Part shown: positions 19,632 to 30,386 of the stretch, piece by piece | Position numbering within the stretch: the stretch's first letter is position 1 | How the letters are laid out: each line of letters opens with the position of its first letter | From: an uncultured Actinomycetes bacterium | Lineage (GTDB): Bacteria; Actinomycetota; Thermoleophilia; RBG-16-64-13 | Length of the DNA: 64,000 bases | Reading direction: 5' to 3' | Assembly: GCA_963706025.1 (NCBI GenBank) | Contig: CAVPLM010000005.1 | Location: 608,001-672,000 of the forward strand | Notes under the pieces: generated by a model | What the model was told of the DNA's origin: nothing | Databases searched by the model: none | Seen by the model: the letters and a program-made list of their open reading frames with translations, nothing else | Position numbers and translations under genes: made by a program

Positions 19632-21045
19632 GGGTGCTCCTTGCTGCCGTGTTCTTGACCACCTGATTCACCGCTTGTCCGATATCCGTCACCGCCACCA
19701 ACTCCACTCCGGGAGCCATCCCTCCGGCTCCCAAAAGCTCTTCCGCGTTTCGGCCGGGGATCAGGATGCGAGGAAACCCGCGCCGCGTGAGCTCCTGGAC
19801 ACGCTTCTCGCCTTGCAGGACGTAGCGTATCTTCCCGGTGAGACTCACCTCCCCGAAGGCGGCCACGCCTTCAGCGCCGCCGCCGTCCCGCCAGGCCGAA
19901 GCCACCGCCAGAGCCACCGCCAGATCGGCGGCGGGATCCTCGAGCACCAGTCCTCCTGCAACGTTAACAAAAATGTCGCATTTGAGCAGCGGCAGTCGAG
20001 CCCGGCGGTTAAGAACTGCCACGATCATGGCCAGACGGTTGCGGTCGACGCCTCTGGCCACCCGCTGGGGCATCGCCAGGTTGCTGGGGGTCACCAGCGC
20101 CTGCACCTCGGCCAGAAGGCAGCGAGTGCCTTCAAGGACCGGCACCACCGCCGATCCGGAGCGCAGGTCGCCGTCTTCAAGGAAGATCGACGAAGGGTCG
20201 GGGACTTCCACCAGCCCTTGCTCGGCCATCTGGAACACGCCCACCTCGTTCGTGGAACCGAAGCGGTTCTTGACCGCCCGTAGGATGCGGAACGGCTGCG
20301 TCCTCTCCCCTTCGAACGACAGCACCGCGTCGACCATGTGCTCGAGCACCCGCGGGCCGGCCAGTTCTCCCTCCTTGGTCACGTGGCCGACCAGAACCAG
20401 GGCCATCCCACCGGCCTTGGCCACCCGGAGAAGCTGAGCGGTGGAATCACGGATCTGCGCGATCGAACCCGGAGTGGACCCCACCTCCGACGACCACAGG
20501 GTCTGCACCGAGTCGACCACGCACACCTCCGGCCTCAGGTGCTCGAGAGCAGCGACCACCGACTCGGTCTGGGTCTCGGTGAGCAGGCGAAGGTCGCCCA
20601 TGCCCGGCTGGGTCCCTCCCAGCCTGGTGCTGCGCAGCTTGACCTGAGCCGGCGACTCCTCCCCCGAGATCAACAGCGTGGAGACGCCGCGTGCCTCCAT
20701 GCTGAGCAGGGCCTGAAGGAGAAGGGTGCTCTTGCCCACGCCCGGTTCGCCCCCCACCAGCACCACCGACCCGGCCACCAGCCCGCCGCCCAACACCCGG
20801 TTGAACTCGCCCAGACCGGTATCGATGCGGGCCTGGGCGCCGAGATCGACGGCGGACAGGTGGAGGGGCGCGGGCGCCGCCACGGGCGGGCCCGCGCTGC
20901 GCGATCCGAGGCCACGCGGCACTTTCGGGGGCACCACTTCCTCGACAATGGTGTTCCAGCTGCCGCATCCCGGGCACCGTCCCAACCATCCCGGGGAGGC
21001 ATAGCCACACTCCCGGCAGATGAAGGAGCTCTTGCCGCGCGGCAT
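19624..21045 (-). CDS. radA: DNA repair protein RadA/Sms
   Basis: CRECG...CPGC zinc finger, GEPGVGKST and KNRFG; start MPRGK at 21045. Confidence 0.97.
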   Translation of the reverse strand: MPRGKSSFICRECGYASPGWLGRCPGCGSWNTIVEEVVPPKVPRGLGSRSAGPPVAAPAPLHLSAVDLGAQARIDTGLGEFNRVLGGGLVAGSVVLVGGEPGVGKSTLLLQALLSMEARGVSTLLISGEESPAQVKLRSTRLGGTQPGMGDLRLLTETQTESVVAALEHLRPEVCVVDSVQTLWSSEVGSTPGSIAQIRDSTAQLLRVAKAGGMALVLVGHVTKEGELAGPRVLEHMVDAVLSFEGERTQPFRILRAVKNRFGSTNEVGVFQMAEQGLVEVPDPSSIFLEDGDLRSGSAVVPVLEGTRCLLAEVQALVTPSNLAMPQRVARGVDRNRLAMIVAVLNRRARLPLLKCDIFVNVAGGLVLEDPAADLAVALAVASAWRDGGGAEGVAAFGEVSLTGKIRYVLQGEKRVQELTRRGFPRILIPGRNAEELLGAGGMAPGVELVAVTDIGQAVNQVVKNTAARSTRG

Positions 21046-21058
21046 GGGCCGCTCCGTT

Positions 21059-23549
21059 CTACTTGGTCTCGTCGGCCACGAGGATGTCCGGCGCCCCGAG
21101 GATGACCTCCAAGATGACCAGATGGTCGTCCTCACGATCCAAGAGCACGGTGCTGCCCCGAGGGAACCGGCCCGAAAGCACTTCTTCGGCCAGCAGGTCT
21201 TCCACGTGACGCTGGATGGCGCGCCGGAGCGGGCGCGCGCCCATGGTGGGGTCGAAGCCCACGTTAACGAGGAACTCCTTGGCGTCCAGGGTGAGGGCAA
21301 GGCCTATCTCGCGGTCTTTGAGTTGCTCTTCCACCCGGGCCATCATCAGTTCGACGATGTCGGTGATCTCCGGACGGGAGAGTTTGCGGAACACGATGAC
21401 TTCGTCCACCCGGTTCAGGAACTCGGGCCGGAACATCTTCTTCAGCTCCGCGGTGACCCGGTTCTTCATCTCTTCATACTCCAGGCCGCCCTCTTCCACC
21501 GGCTCGCCGAAGCCCAGAGTCTGACCTTTTGAGATGGTGGAGGCACCGATGTTCGACGTCATGATGATGATGGCGTTGCGGAAGTCCACTGTGCGCCCTT
21601 GGGCGTCGGTGAGCCTGCCGTCCTCCAGTATCTGCAGGAGGATGTTGAACACGTCCGGATGAGCCTTCTCGATCTCGTCGAGCAACACCACCGAGTAGGG
21701 GCGGCGGCGCACCGATTCGGTGAGTTGGCCGCCTTCGTCGTAGCCCACGTAGCCGGGCGGCGAACCTACCAACCGGCTGACGGCGTGCTTCTCCATGAAC
21801 TCCGACATGTCGACCTGGATGAGCGCGGCCTCGTCCCCGAAGAGGAACTCCGCCAGGGTGCGGGCCAACTCCGTCTTGCCCACGCCCGACGGGCCCAGGA
21901 AGATGAAGGAACCGGCGGGACGGTGAGGATCTTTGAGGCCGGCGCGCGAACGGCGGATGGCCCGAGAGACGGCCTTGACCGGCTCGTCCTGGCCGACCAC
22001 CCGCTTGTGCAGGGCTTCCTCCATCCGCAGCAACCGGTGCCGTCTCGGCCTCAGTGAGCTTCGTCACCGGGATGCCGGTCCACATGGCGGTGACTTCCGC
22101 GATCTCGTCCTCTCCGATGGAGATCTCGGCGGCTTCGTCGGACTCGCGCCACTTGTCTTCCAGTTCCTTGCGCTGGTTCAGCAGCTTTCGCTCCCGATCC
22201 CGCAACGCGGCCGCCTTCTCGAAATCTTGGATCTCGATGGCCGCTTCTTTGTCCCGGCGTACCTCGAGGATGGCATCCTCCACCTCGCGCATGTCGGGCG
22301 AGGCGCACATGTTCTGGATACGCTTGCGAGAGGCCGCCTCGTCGATCAGGTCGATGGCTTTGTCGGGCAGGAAGCGGTCGCTGATATAGCGGTCGGCCAG
22401 GTAGGCGGCGGCTTCGAGAGCCTCGTCGGTGATGCGCACCTTATGGTGCGCCTCATAGCGCTCGCGGAGTCCAGACAGGATCTGCCTAGTCTCGAGGACA
22501 CTCGGCTCTTTGACCAGGATCTTCTGGAAACGTCGCTCAAGGGCGGCATCCTTGGCCAAGTGCTTTCGATACTCATCCAGAGTGGTGGCCCCGATGGTCT
22601 GCAACTCTCCCCGCGCCAGGGCCGGCTTGAGAATGGAAGCCGCATCGATGGCACCTTCGGCGGCGCCCGCCCCCACCAGATTGTGGATCTCATCGACGAA
22701 GAGGATGATGTCGCCGCGCTCGCCGATCTCTTTCATGACCTTCTTGAGGCGCTCTTCGAACTCGCCCCGATACTTCGACCCGGCCACCAGGGCACCCAGG
22801 TCGAGGGTGTAGATCTGCTTGTCTTTGAGCAGGCTGGGCACATCGTTCTTGGCGATACGCTGGGCCAATCCCTCTACCACCGCCGTCTTGCCGACACCGG
22901 GCTCGCCCACCAGCACGGGGTTGTTCTTCGTGCGCCGCGAGAGGATCTGCATGACGCGCTCGATCTCCGTCTCCCGTCCGATCACCGGGTCGAGCTTGTC
23001 CTCCTCGGCGTACTTGGTGAGATTGCGCCCGAACTGATCGAGGACTTTGGACGTCTTGCGGTCCTTGCTCTCGCCAGTGGCGCCCGCCGTGGTCCCCCGG
23101 CTCTGCCGGCGGGTCGGACCGGCCAGCACCCGCATGACCTCCTGGCGTACCCGGTCGGCGTCGACCTCCAAGTCGTTCAAGATCCGCGCAGCCACCCCTT
23201 CGCTCTCCCGTACCAATCCCAACAGGATATGCTCGGTACCGATGTAGTTGTGCCCCAGGGACAGAGCCTCGCGCAACGCCCATTCCAGCACCTTCTTGGC
23301 CCGAGGTGTAAACGGGATCTGGCCCTGCGACTCGTTGTCGCCCTCCCCTACGATGCGGACCACCTCTCCCCGCACCTCTTCGAGGCTGACTTCCAAGGCG
23401 CCCAGCACTCGGGCGGCGACTCCGTCGGCCTCCCGCAGGAGACCGAGGAGCAGATGCTCCGTCCCGATGTAGTTGTGGCGAAGGACCCGAGCCTCTTCTT
23501 GGGCTAAGACGACCACCTGTCGGGCTCGCTCTGTGAACCTTTCGAACAT
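21059..23549 (-). CDS. clpC: ATP-dependent Clp protease ATPase subunit ClpC, frameshift near 22040
   Basis: [21 protein letters not shown], two Clp-N repeats, [11 protein letters not shown] coil and second Walker A GPSGVGKT in the next frame. Confidence 0.97.
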
Positions 23550-23564
23550 TACTTCCCTCTCCGA

Positions 23565-24581
23565 CTAGCGCGCGCAGGCGCCTGCGAATATCTCGCGCAG
23601 CAGCCGCGCCCGGGTCTGATCTATCTCGGGGCTTTCCAAACAGCCCGTTTTCGCATCCAAATGGTCCATCACGATGTGCGCCGGCTGCAGCCTCGTCATC
23701 AGATCGAAGACGGACTCCGCCGGCAGACCGGGGACTTCCACCAGCCCTTGCTCGAGCCCCACCTGGGCGGCCGAAAGCACATTGACCGCCTCCGAGAACG
23801 ACATGGACCACCCGTGCTGGCCCACTCCCAGAGAGCGCCCGATGTGGTCGCGAGCCTGGATGGGGTTCTCCCGCAGAAGCATCTTCCTCACCGATCGTTC
23901 CTTCTCCGCGATGCCGTGGGAAATGACCTCGATTTGCTGGAGTATCTCCGCTTCGGGTTTACCCTGCCGTCCCAGGTTGGAAACCTGGACGACGCCTCCT
24001 GCTCCGCCCCAGAGAGGTGTCAAAGCCAGGCCGTCGGTCACAAGTTCGAGGGCGATGCCTCCCAAACGACCCGTGAGCATGAGAGCGGGAACCTGCAGGG
24101 TAGCGTAGACCCGCATCCCGCTGCCCGCCTGACTCGGCCTGCTGGTCAGATAGCCCCAACTAGCATCGAAGGCGTAGGCCAGGACCGTCTCCAAGCGGTC
24201 GTCGAGCGCAGCCAGGAGCGACCAGAGATCGTCCAGATGGTCGCCGGCCCGGAAGCCGAGCAAACGTACGTGGTCGACCCCATTGATCTCGAGGGAAGCC
24301 TGATCCTCGCCGTACACCGCGAAACCCCTGCCCTCCCCGGCACCATCGGCGAAAGTCGGGGTCATGAGTCCCTGTTCCACCAAACGGATAGTCTCGACGC
24401 CGGAGAGATCATCGAGATCGTAGACCCGCCAGGGTCGCTCCCAAACGCCTTCGGTCAGAGTATCGACGATCTCTTGGCGCAGCTCCTCCAGCACCTCACC
24501 CTGTTCGACATGGGAGAAGCGCCTCCGCGCCTCGTTGCGGGAAAGCCCCAGACCCGAGGCTGCAAGCGTGGAGGCGCTCAC
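23565..24581 (-). CDS. mcsB: McsB-like ATP:guanido phosphotransferase homologue with degenerate catalytic motifs
   Basis: Lies between mcsA and clpC with a GTGA overlap; scaffold motifs YAFD..WGYLTS, PAL..TG, QVSN and LQPAH...D..RA.LLRE are recognisable. Confidence 0.85.
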   Translation of the reverse strand: MSASTLAASGLGLSRNEARRRFSHVEQGEVLEELRQEIVDTLTEGVWERPWRVYDLDDLSGVETIRLVEQGLMTPTFADGAGEGRGFAVYGEDQASLEINGVDHVRLLGFRAGDHLDDLWSLLAALDDRLETVLAYAFDASWGYLTSRPSQAGSGMRVYATLQVPALMLTGRLGGIALELVTDGLALTPLWGGAGGVVQVSNLGRQGKPEAEILQQIEVISHGIAEKERSVRKMLLRENPIQARDHIGRSLGVGQHGWSMSFSEAVNVLSAAQVGLEQGLVEVPGLPAESVFDLMTRLQPAHIVMDHLDAKTGCLESPEIDQTRARLLREIFAGACAR

Positions 24582-25171
24582 GACGCACCGCTTTCCAGCT
24601 TCTGGCCCAGTTCGGCCAGCCGGTCGCGGACACCCGCCGCTTCTTCGAAGCGCTCGCATTCCACAAGCTCGCGCAGCATGCGCTCGAGGCGCATGATCTC
24701 GTGACGCAGGGAGTCGTTCTCCGGCACCCGACGAGGCACCTTGCCCAGGTGCTCCGTCGGCTGTACATCACCGTCCAGTGCAGTCTGCAGGTCGTCGGCG
24801 AAAACCCGGTAGCAGTTGGGACAACCCACCATCGCCGATTCCTCGAGATCGGTAAGAGTGGTGCCACATACACCACAAAACCGGTCCTCCTTCGGGGGTG
24901 CGGGAGTCTCGGCTGCCTCGCTCTCGATATGCTCCTGGGTCAGACGACGAAATACCGACGGTACCGCCAGCACCAGAGCCAGGCCGTCCGTCTGTTCGGC
25001 GATGCTCTGGGCGCAGTCGGGACAGAGATGAGTGTGGGTGACGGCCCCATCCACCACCCTGAGCAGGTGCATGGTCGCCTTTTCTTCACCGCACAGCTCA
25101 CAGTCTGCTGAGCCGTCAAGGTCAAGATTCCAGTCGGGTGATTCCTCTGCAAACACCCGGTCCACCTCCAA
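24578..25171 (-). CDS. mcsA: McsA (CxxC motifs plus UVR domain)
   Basis: CELC, HLCPDCA, CGVC, GCPNCY, HLGKVP and ERFEEAAGVRD. Confidence 0.93.
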   Translation of the reverse strand: MEVDRVFAEESPDWNLDLDGSADCELCGEEKATMHLLRVVDGAVTHTHLCPDCAQSIAEQTDGLALVLAVPSVFRRLTQEHIESEAAETPAPPKEDRFCGVCGTTLTDLEESAMVGCPNCYRVFADDLQTALDGDVQPTEHLGKVPRRVPENDSLRHEIMRLERMLRELVECERFEEAAGVRDRLAELGQKLESGAS

Positions 25172-25434
25172 CGGTAGGCCTGCCTGGCCCGCCGGCCACC
25201 GGCACGAAAGTAGGAGAAAACAGCGCTCACCGTGCCGGGAATGGTCGAGAAACTACTGCCCGAAGTGTAGCATAATGGGCTTTCGGCCTCGGGCCTGGAC
25301 CTCCTTCCCACAGTCCTTCACATCCGCTAAGACTGGCGGAAGCGTGCCGCCGTTCCAAGCCCTCAGCAGAGGCGTATCCAGGCCCTCAGCGCGCCGGGAA
25401 TGCAGCACCCCCGGTCGTTCGGCGCGCAGGTCGA

Positions 25435-26964
25435 TCAGCGCTCAGGTCGCAGCTGGGGGAAGAGGATAACGTCTCGGATCGATTCCATGCCCAGCAGCAT
25501 CATGGCCAGACGGTCGATACCGATACCCAGTCCGCCCGCCGGCGGCATGCCGTACTCCAGAGCCCGAAGGAAATCCTCATCGACCACGTGAGCCTCCTCG
25601 TCGCCGGCCTCCTTGTTGCGCTCTTGCTGCTCGAACCGGCGCCGCTGGTCCATGGGGTCGTTGAGCTCCGAGAAAGCATTACCCATCTCCTTGCCGCCGA
25701 TGATGGGCTGGAACCGCTCCACCAGCTGCGGATCGTCCGGCCGGCACTTGGCCAGGGGGCTGAGTTCCAACGGGTAGTCGATGGCGAAGGTGGGTTGGAT
25801 GAGCGCCGGCCACACGACATGCTTGAGCGCTTTGTCGACCAGGGTGGCGAAGGTCTCCCGGTTATCAACCTCGATCCTTCGCTCGTGGAGAACTCTATTG
25901 GCAGCCTGAGGGTCGGCGCGGATGGCGGCCAGCGAGAGACCCACATGCTCCCGAAGGAGGGAATCTATGGTGCACCTGGGCCACGGGGGCTTCAGCTCGA
26001 TGCTGTTCTCCCCCACCACGACCTGGGTGGTGCCGATCACTTCCACGGCCAGAGCCGGGATCATGTTCTCAACCAACTCCATGATCGCGTTGTAGTCCAC
26101 ATAGGCCCAGTAAAGCTCCATCATGGTGAATTCGGGATTGTGGACCAGCGAGATACCCTCGTTCCGGAAATTCTTCCCGATCTCAAAGATGCGATCGAAC
26201 CCCCCCACCAGCAGCCGCTTGAGATAGAGCTCGGGCGCTATGCGCAGGTAGAGGTCGGTGTCGAGCGCGTTGTGGTGGGTCACGAACGGTCGGGCCAGGG
26301 CTCCACCGGGCAACGGCTGAAGGATGGGCGTCTCCACCTCTACGAACCCCTGGGCTTCCAGATAGCGGCGCATGGCCGACACCAGCTTGCCCCGAGCCTG
26401 CAGCTGCCACGCGACCGCCGGGTTGGCGACAAGGTCGACATAGCGCTGACGGTAGCGGGTCTCACGGTCCTGCAGGCCATGCCACTTCTCAGGGAGCGGG
26501 CGCAGGGACTTGGTGAGGAGAGTCCAGTCCTTGGCGAAGACCGTCAGCTCCCCTCGCCGGCTCCGAAACACGTGCCCCTCGCAGCCGATGATGTCGCCGA
26601 CGTCGATGTCGGTTAGCCTTGAGAAAGAACCTTCACCCAGAGTATCGACGTTGGCGTAAACCTGCAGATCGTCCCAACCGTCACGCAGGGTGACGAATAC
26701 TGCCTTGCCGTGCTCTCGGCGCGCCATCACACGGCCGGCCACCCGGTAATGCGCACCCTCGTCCTTCGCGCCGGGTTCGAGGCCGGTGTGCGCCTTGGTG
26801 ACCTCCCCGAGGTGAGTCCGCGGATCGAAGCAGCGCGCGTAGGGCTCTATGCCGTCGTGGCGCAGCCGTTCGGCCTTGTTCAGACGGTCTCGCTCCCAGT
26901 CGGGCAGTTCCGCCGCGAGGCCGTCGCCTTCGCCGTTCTCAGCGGATCCGCCGGACGCGCTCAT
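25435..26964 (-). CDS. lysS: Lysine--tRNA ligase (class II)
   Basis: LRPLPEKWHGL, YLRIAPELYLK, FRNEG, HNPEFT and GIGIDRL. Confidence 0.98.
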   Translation of the reverse strand: MSASGGSAENGEGDGLAAELPDWERDRLNKAERLRHDGIEPYARCFDPRTHLGEVTKAHTGLEPGAKDEGAHYRVAGRVMARREHGKAVFVTLRDGWDDLQVYANVDTLGEGSFSRLTDIDVGDIIGCEGHVFRSRRGELTVFAKDWTLLTKSLRPLPEKWHGLQDRETRYRQRYVDLVANPAVAWQLQARGKLVSAMRRYLEAQGFVEVETPILQPLPGGALARPFVTHHNALDTDLYLRIAPELYLKRLLVGGFDRIFEIGKNFRNEGISLVHNPEFTMMELYWAYVDYNAIMELVENMIPALAVEVIGTTQVVVGENSIELKPPWPRCTIDSLLREHVGLSLAAIRADPQAANRVLHERRIEVDNRETFATLVDKALKHVVWPALIQPTFAIDYPLELSPLAKCRPDDPQLVERFQPIIGGKEMGNAFSELNDPMDQRRRFEQQERNKEAGDEEAHVVDEDFLRALEYGMPPAGGLGIGIDRLAMMLLGMESIRDVILFPQLRPER

Positions 26965-27446
26965 TACGACATCTTGCCGATGGCCAGTATCTCGTAGTGA
27001 AGAGAGCCGACCGGCACCGGCACGGTGAGGACGTCGCCCACGCGCCTCCCGATGATGGCCTGCCCCACCGGTGATTCGTTCGACAGCCGGGCCCTCGCCG
27101 GATCGGCCTCAGCAGAACCGACCAGAGTGTAGATGCGGATCTCCCCGGCATCCACGTCTCGCAGGGTGACCGTGCTCCCGACGCTCACCTTGTCGGTCTC
27201 GATCTCAGAGTCCTTGATGACCCGGGCCCGCCGGAGTTTCTCCTGAAGCAGGCTGATGCGATGCTCCAGCATGGCCTGCTCGTTCTTGGCGTCATCGTAC
27301 TCGGAGTTCTCGGTGATGTCGCCAAACTCCCGGGCGGCGCGGATGCGCTCGGCCACCTCTTCCCTTTTCACCGTCGAGAGATAAGTGACCTCGTCCTGGA
27401 GTTGCTTGAGACCTTCTTCTGTGAGCATGATTTCTGTGCGAGACAC
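26964..27446 (-). CDS. greA: Transcription elongation factor GreA
   Basis: GDITENSEYDDAK and SNESPVGQA. Confidence 0.97.
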   Translation of the reverse strand: MSRTEIMLTEEGLKQLQDEVTYLSTVKREEVAERIRAAREFGDITENSEYDDAKNEQAMLEHRISLLQEKLRRARVIKDSEIETDKVSVGSTVTLRDVDAGEIRIYTLVGSAEADPARARLSNESPVGQAIIGRRVGDVLTVPVPVGSLHYEILAIGKMS

Positions 27447-27502
27447 GATTACCTTCCTTGGACGGCCGCCAAAAGGACAAGTGCGCCTGAAAGTAGCCGC
27501 GC

Positions 27503-27531
27503 ATTATAAGTTGGGTGACCGTAGTTGTCAA
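27503..27531 (-). promoter_or_regulatory. Consensus sigma-70/sigma-A promoter for greA-lysS
   Basis: Minus strand TTGACA-N17-TATAAT, an exact consensus match. Confidence 0.9.
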
Positions 27532-27595
27532 TACGCGAAAAGCTCGGGCGATAAGGCAAACACCCCGAGCGACGGTGCCCTCGGAGGCCGGGGAC

Positions 27596-28666
27596 TCAGG
27601 CCTCAGTCGCGGCCAGTCCTGCCAAAGCCTCGTCCAACGCCCCGGCGTCGCCGGTAGACCTCAGTCGCTCCAGGGTGGACGCTGGAACTCCCGATGGACG
27701 CAGGTACCAGCTCAGCAACTTGCGGATCCACCGGGCCGCTCGCTCCGGGCCCTGCTCTGCCGCGGCCAGACTGAGAAGCCGGCGAAGGTCTTCCACGACC
27801 ACGGGGAGAGGGGGGCGCGCTGCGCTCCTGCCGGAGAGCAGCGCGCCCACCAGCCAGGGGTTGCCGGCCACACCCCGGGCGGCCATCAGAGCCGCCGCCC
27901 CGGTGGCTTCCCACACCGAGAACGCCGAGGTTACGCTCACTACGTCGCCCGAGGCCATCACCGGCACCCCCACTGCGGCCACCACCGCCGCAGTGATAGC
28001 GTGATCGGCGGCCCCCCGGTAATACTGCTCGGCCGCGCGGGGATGCACCCCCAGGCCCTGCACGCCCACCGCCTCCAGGCGGGGAGCCAGTCCCACCACG
28101 GTCCGCTCGCCCTGTCTCATTCCGCTCCGAAGCTTCACCGTCACCGGCACACCCGCCTGTAGCGCCACGCGCACCACGGCCGCCGCCACAGCCACCGCCC
28201 GATCGGGGTCGCCCAGGAAGGCGGCTCCTGCGCCGGTCCGCACCACCTTCCGCACCGGGCACCCCATGTTGATGTCGATCAGGTCGGGTACGGCGGGACG
28301 ACTGAGGACCACCTCCGCGGCCCGGGCCATGACGCCAGGGGTGTCACCGAAGAGTTGAACCGCGATCGGCCGTTCTTCTTCCGCGAAGTCGAGATATCCG
28401 GCAGTGCGGACATTGCCGTGAAGAAGACCGTAGACGCTGACCATCTCGGTGGTCACCAGACCGGCGCCGTGCGCCTTGAGGTGCCGCCGGTAGGCGCTGC
28501 TGGTGAGCCCGGCCATGGGAGCCAACACCACCCGGTTGGGGACATGGAGGCCTCCGATACAAAAAGGAGCAGCCAGAGACGCGCTGGTGGACGGACCAGG
28601 CGCATCGGACGAAGTAGATCTCGGGGGCGGTGCCTCCGGCACCGCCCGCCCATCCGGCACCCTCAT
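27596..28666 (-). CDS. dusB: tRNA-dihydrouridine synthase (DusB-like)
   Basis: LAPMAG, TEMVS, IDINMGCPV and PVTVKLRSG. Confidence 0.93.
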   Translation of the reverse strand: MRVPDGRAVPEAPPPRSTSSDAPGPSTSASLAAPFCIGGLHVPNRVVLAPMAGLTSSAYRRHLKAHGAGLVTTEMVSVYGLLHGNVRTAGYLDFAEEERPIAVQLFGDTPGVMARAAEVVLSRPAVPDLIDINMGCPVRKVVRTGAGAAFLGDPDRAVAVAAAVVRVALQAGVPVTVKLRSGMRQGERTVVGLAPRLEAVGVQGLGVHPRAAEQYYRGAADHAITAAVVAAVGVPVMASGDVVSVTSAFSVWEATGAAALMAARGVAGNPWLVGALLSGRSAARPPLPVVVEDLRRLLSLAAAEQGPERAARWIRKLLSWYLRPSGVPASTLERLRSTGDAGALDEALAGLAATEA

Positions 28667-28693
28667 GTTCTGACCCTCGGGGCGCCGAGCATC

Positions 28694-29461
28694 CTAAGGA
28701 AGATTGCGCCTGTAGATGATCTCCAGGCCCTTGAGAGTGAGCAGTGGATCGAGCTTGTCGAGGGTGCTCGCGTGATCGAAGATGAGAGGAGCCAGGCCCC
28801 CGGTGGCCACCGTGACCGCCTCTGCCCCCATCTCGACGCGCATCCGTGTCACGATCCCGTCCACCTGCCCGGCGAAGCCGTACAGGGCCCCGGCCTGCAT
28901 GGCCTGAACCGTGCTCCGGCCGATCACAGTGCCCGGATCCGCCAGCTCTATCTTGAGAAGCCGCGCGGCCCGAGTGGCGAGCGCATCCAGCGACACCTCT
29001 ATGCCGGGCGCGATGGCATGGCCCAGATACTCTCCCGCAGCCGATACGGCGCTGAAAGTGGTGGCAGTGCCGAAGTCGACGGCGATGCAGGGGCCTCCAT
29101 AGGCATCGTGAGCGGCGACTGCGTCGACGATGAGATCGGGACCGACCTGCCGCGGATCACTGGTGAGAATGGGCATGCCCGTCTTCACACCCGGGCCCAC
29201 CATGAGGGCCTCCAGGCCGAACCTGCTCACAGCCATGGACGCATACTCCTGGCTCAGCCTGGGCACCACCGAAGCCACCGCCAAACCGGTGACCGAATCT
29301 CGCGAGAACCCGTCCAGGTGTAGCAGTCCCTCGATCAATACCGCGATCTCGTCCCCGGTCTTGTGGACATCGGTGGCAAAGCGCCAATTGCCGGCGAAGT
29401 CCCTCCCGGAGAAGAGCCCGACCGCGGTCTGGGTGTTGCCTACATCGACCGCCAGCAACAT
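28694..29461 (-). CDS. coaX: Type III pantothenate kinase
   Basis: AVDVGNT, VGPD, VDFGTATT and ATGG. Confidence 0.96.
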   Translation of the reverse strand: MLLAVDVGNTQTAVGLFSGRDFAGNWRFATDVHKTGDEIAVLIEGLLHLDGFSRDSVTGLAVASVVPRLSQEYASMAVSRFGLEALMVGPGVKTGMPILTSDPRQVGPDLIVDAVAAHDAYGGPCIAVDFGTATTFSAVSAAGEYLGHAIAPGIEVSLDALATRAARLLKIELADPGTVIGRSTVQAMQAGALYGFAGQVDGIVTRMRVEMGAEAVTVATGGLAPLIFDHASTLDKLDPLLTLKGLEIIYRRNLP

Positions 29462-29534
29462 GATGGTCCTCCTCGCCTCCTCGAATCCGTGGGTATTCTC
29501 ATGTCCCCCAGGCGATATCCCGCGGGCGAAGGCT

Positions 29535-30386
29535 TCACTTGTCCGCCAGCAGAGTCAGCCCCACATTCGCCGCAGGAGCGCCCATGGTCAGAGCGCTGGT
29601 GGAGATGAGGTCCACCCCGGTCTCCGCCACCACCCGCACACTGTCCAGAGTCACGCCGCCTGAAGCCTCCAGCACCACTTCTGGATCGAGCTCTCGCGCC
29701 AGTCGCACCAGCTTCCGCAAGGACTCCGGGCTCTGGTTGTCAAGCATGATCAAGTCTGCGCCGCAGGCGATAGCCTCGCGGAGATCGGCCTCGTTCTCCA
29801 CTTCCACTTCGACCTTGATGTAGTGAGGATGAGCCATCTTGACCCTGTCCATCGCCGCCCGCACCCCACCGGCGGCGGTGAGGTGGTTGTTCTTAAGCAG
29901 CACCATGTCGAACAGACCGAACCGGTGGTTGTGACAACCTCCGTAGATGACCGCCCGCTTCTCCCACACGCGCAGCCCCGGAGTGGTCTTGCGGGTATCG
30001 ACCACGGTCGCGCCGGTGCCTTCCACGGCGCGTGCAAATCGCCTGGACTCGGTGGCTACGCCGGAAAGATGGCTGAGGAAGTTGAGCATGGTACGCTCCG
30101 CCGTCAGGATGCTGCGCACCTGCCCTTCGATCGTCGCCAATCGGTCTCCATCGGTCGCCGACGCCCCGTCCTCCACCAGCGCAACGAAGACCGCTTCCGG
30201 ATCTACCTCGCTCATGGCGGCCGCGGCCAACGGCAGGCCGCACACCACCATTTCCTCCCGAGCCGTTATGACCGCCCGGCCGCGGAGGCCAGGGGGCACG
30301 GTCCACGTGGAGGTGACGTCCCCGTAGCCGGCAAGATCCTCGGCCAAGGCCTGCCGGACCAGGACGAGACTCGCCTGTTCGTTCAC
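29535..30386 (-). CDS. nadC: Nicotinate-nucleotide diphosphorylase (carboxylating)
   Basis: DTRKTTPG, NHRFGL, EVEV, IMLDN and EASGG. Confidence 0.97.
   Translation of the reverse strand: MNEQASLVLVRQALAEDLAGYGDVTSTWTVPPGLRGRAVITAREEMVVCGLPLAAAAMSEVDPEAVFVALVEDGASATDGDRLATIEGQVRSILTAERTMLNFLSHLSGVATESRRFARAVEGTGATVVDTRKTTPGLRVWEKRAVIYGGCHNHRFGLFDMVLLKNNHLTAAGGVRAAMDRVKMAHPHYIKVEVEVENEADLREAIACGADLIMLDNQSPESLRKLVRLARELDPEVVLEASGGVTLDSVRVVAETGVDLISTSALTMGAPAANVGLTLLADK

Noticed and set aside
21059-23549. clpC as a pseudogene, split gene or programmed frameshift
   Set aside because: Both halves are highly conserved, no slippery sequence is evident, and similar breaks occur throughout the window; a sequencing indel is more likely.
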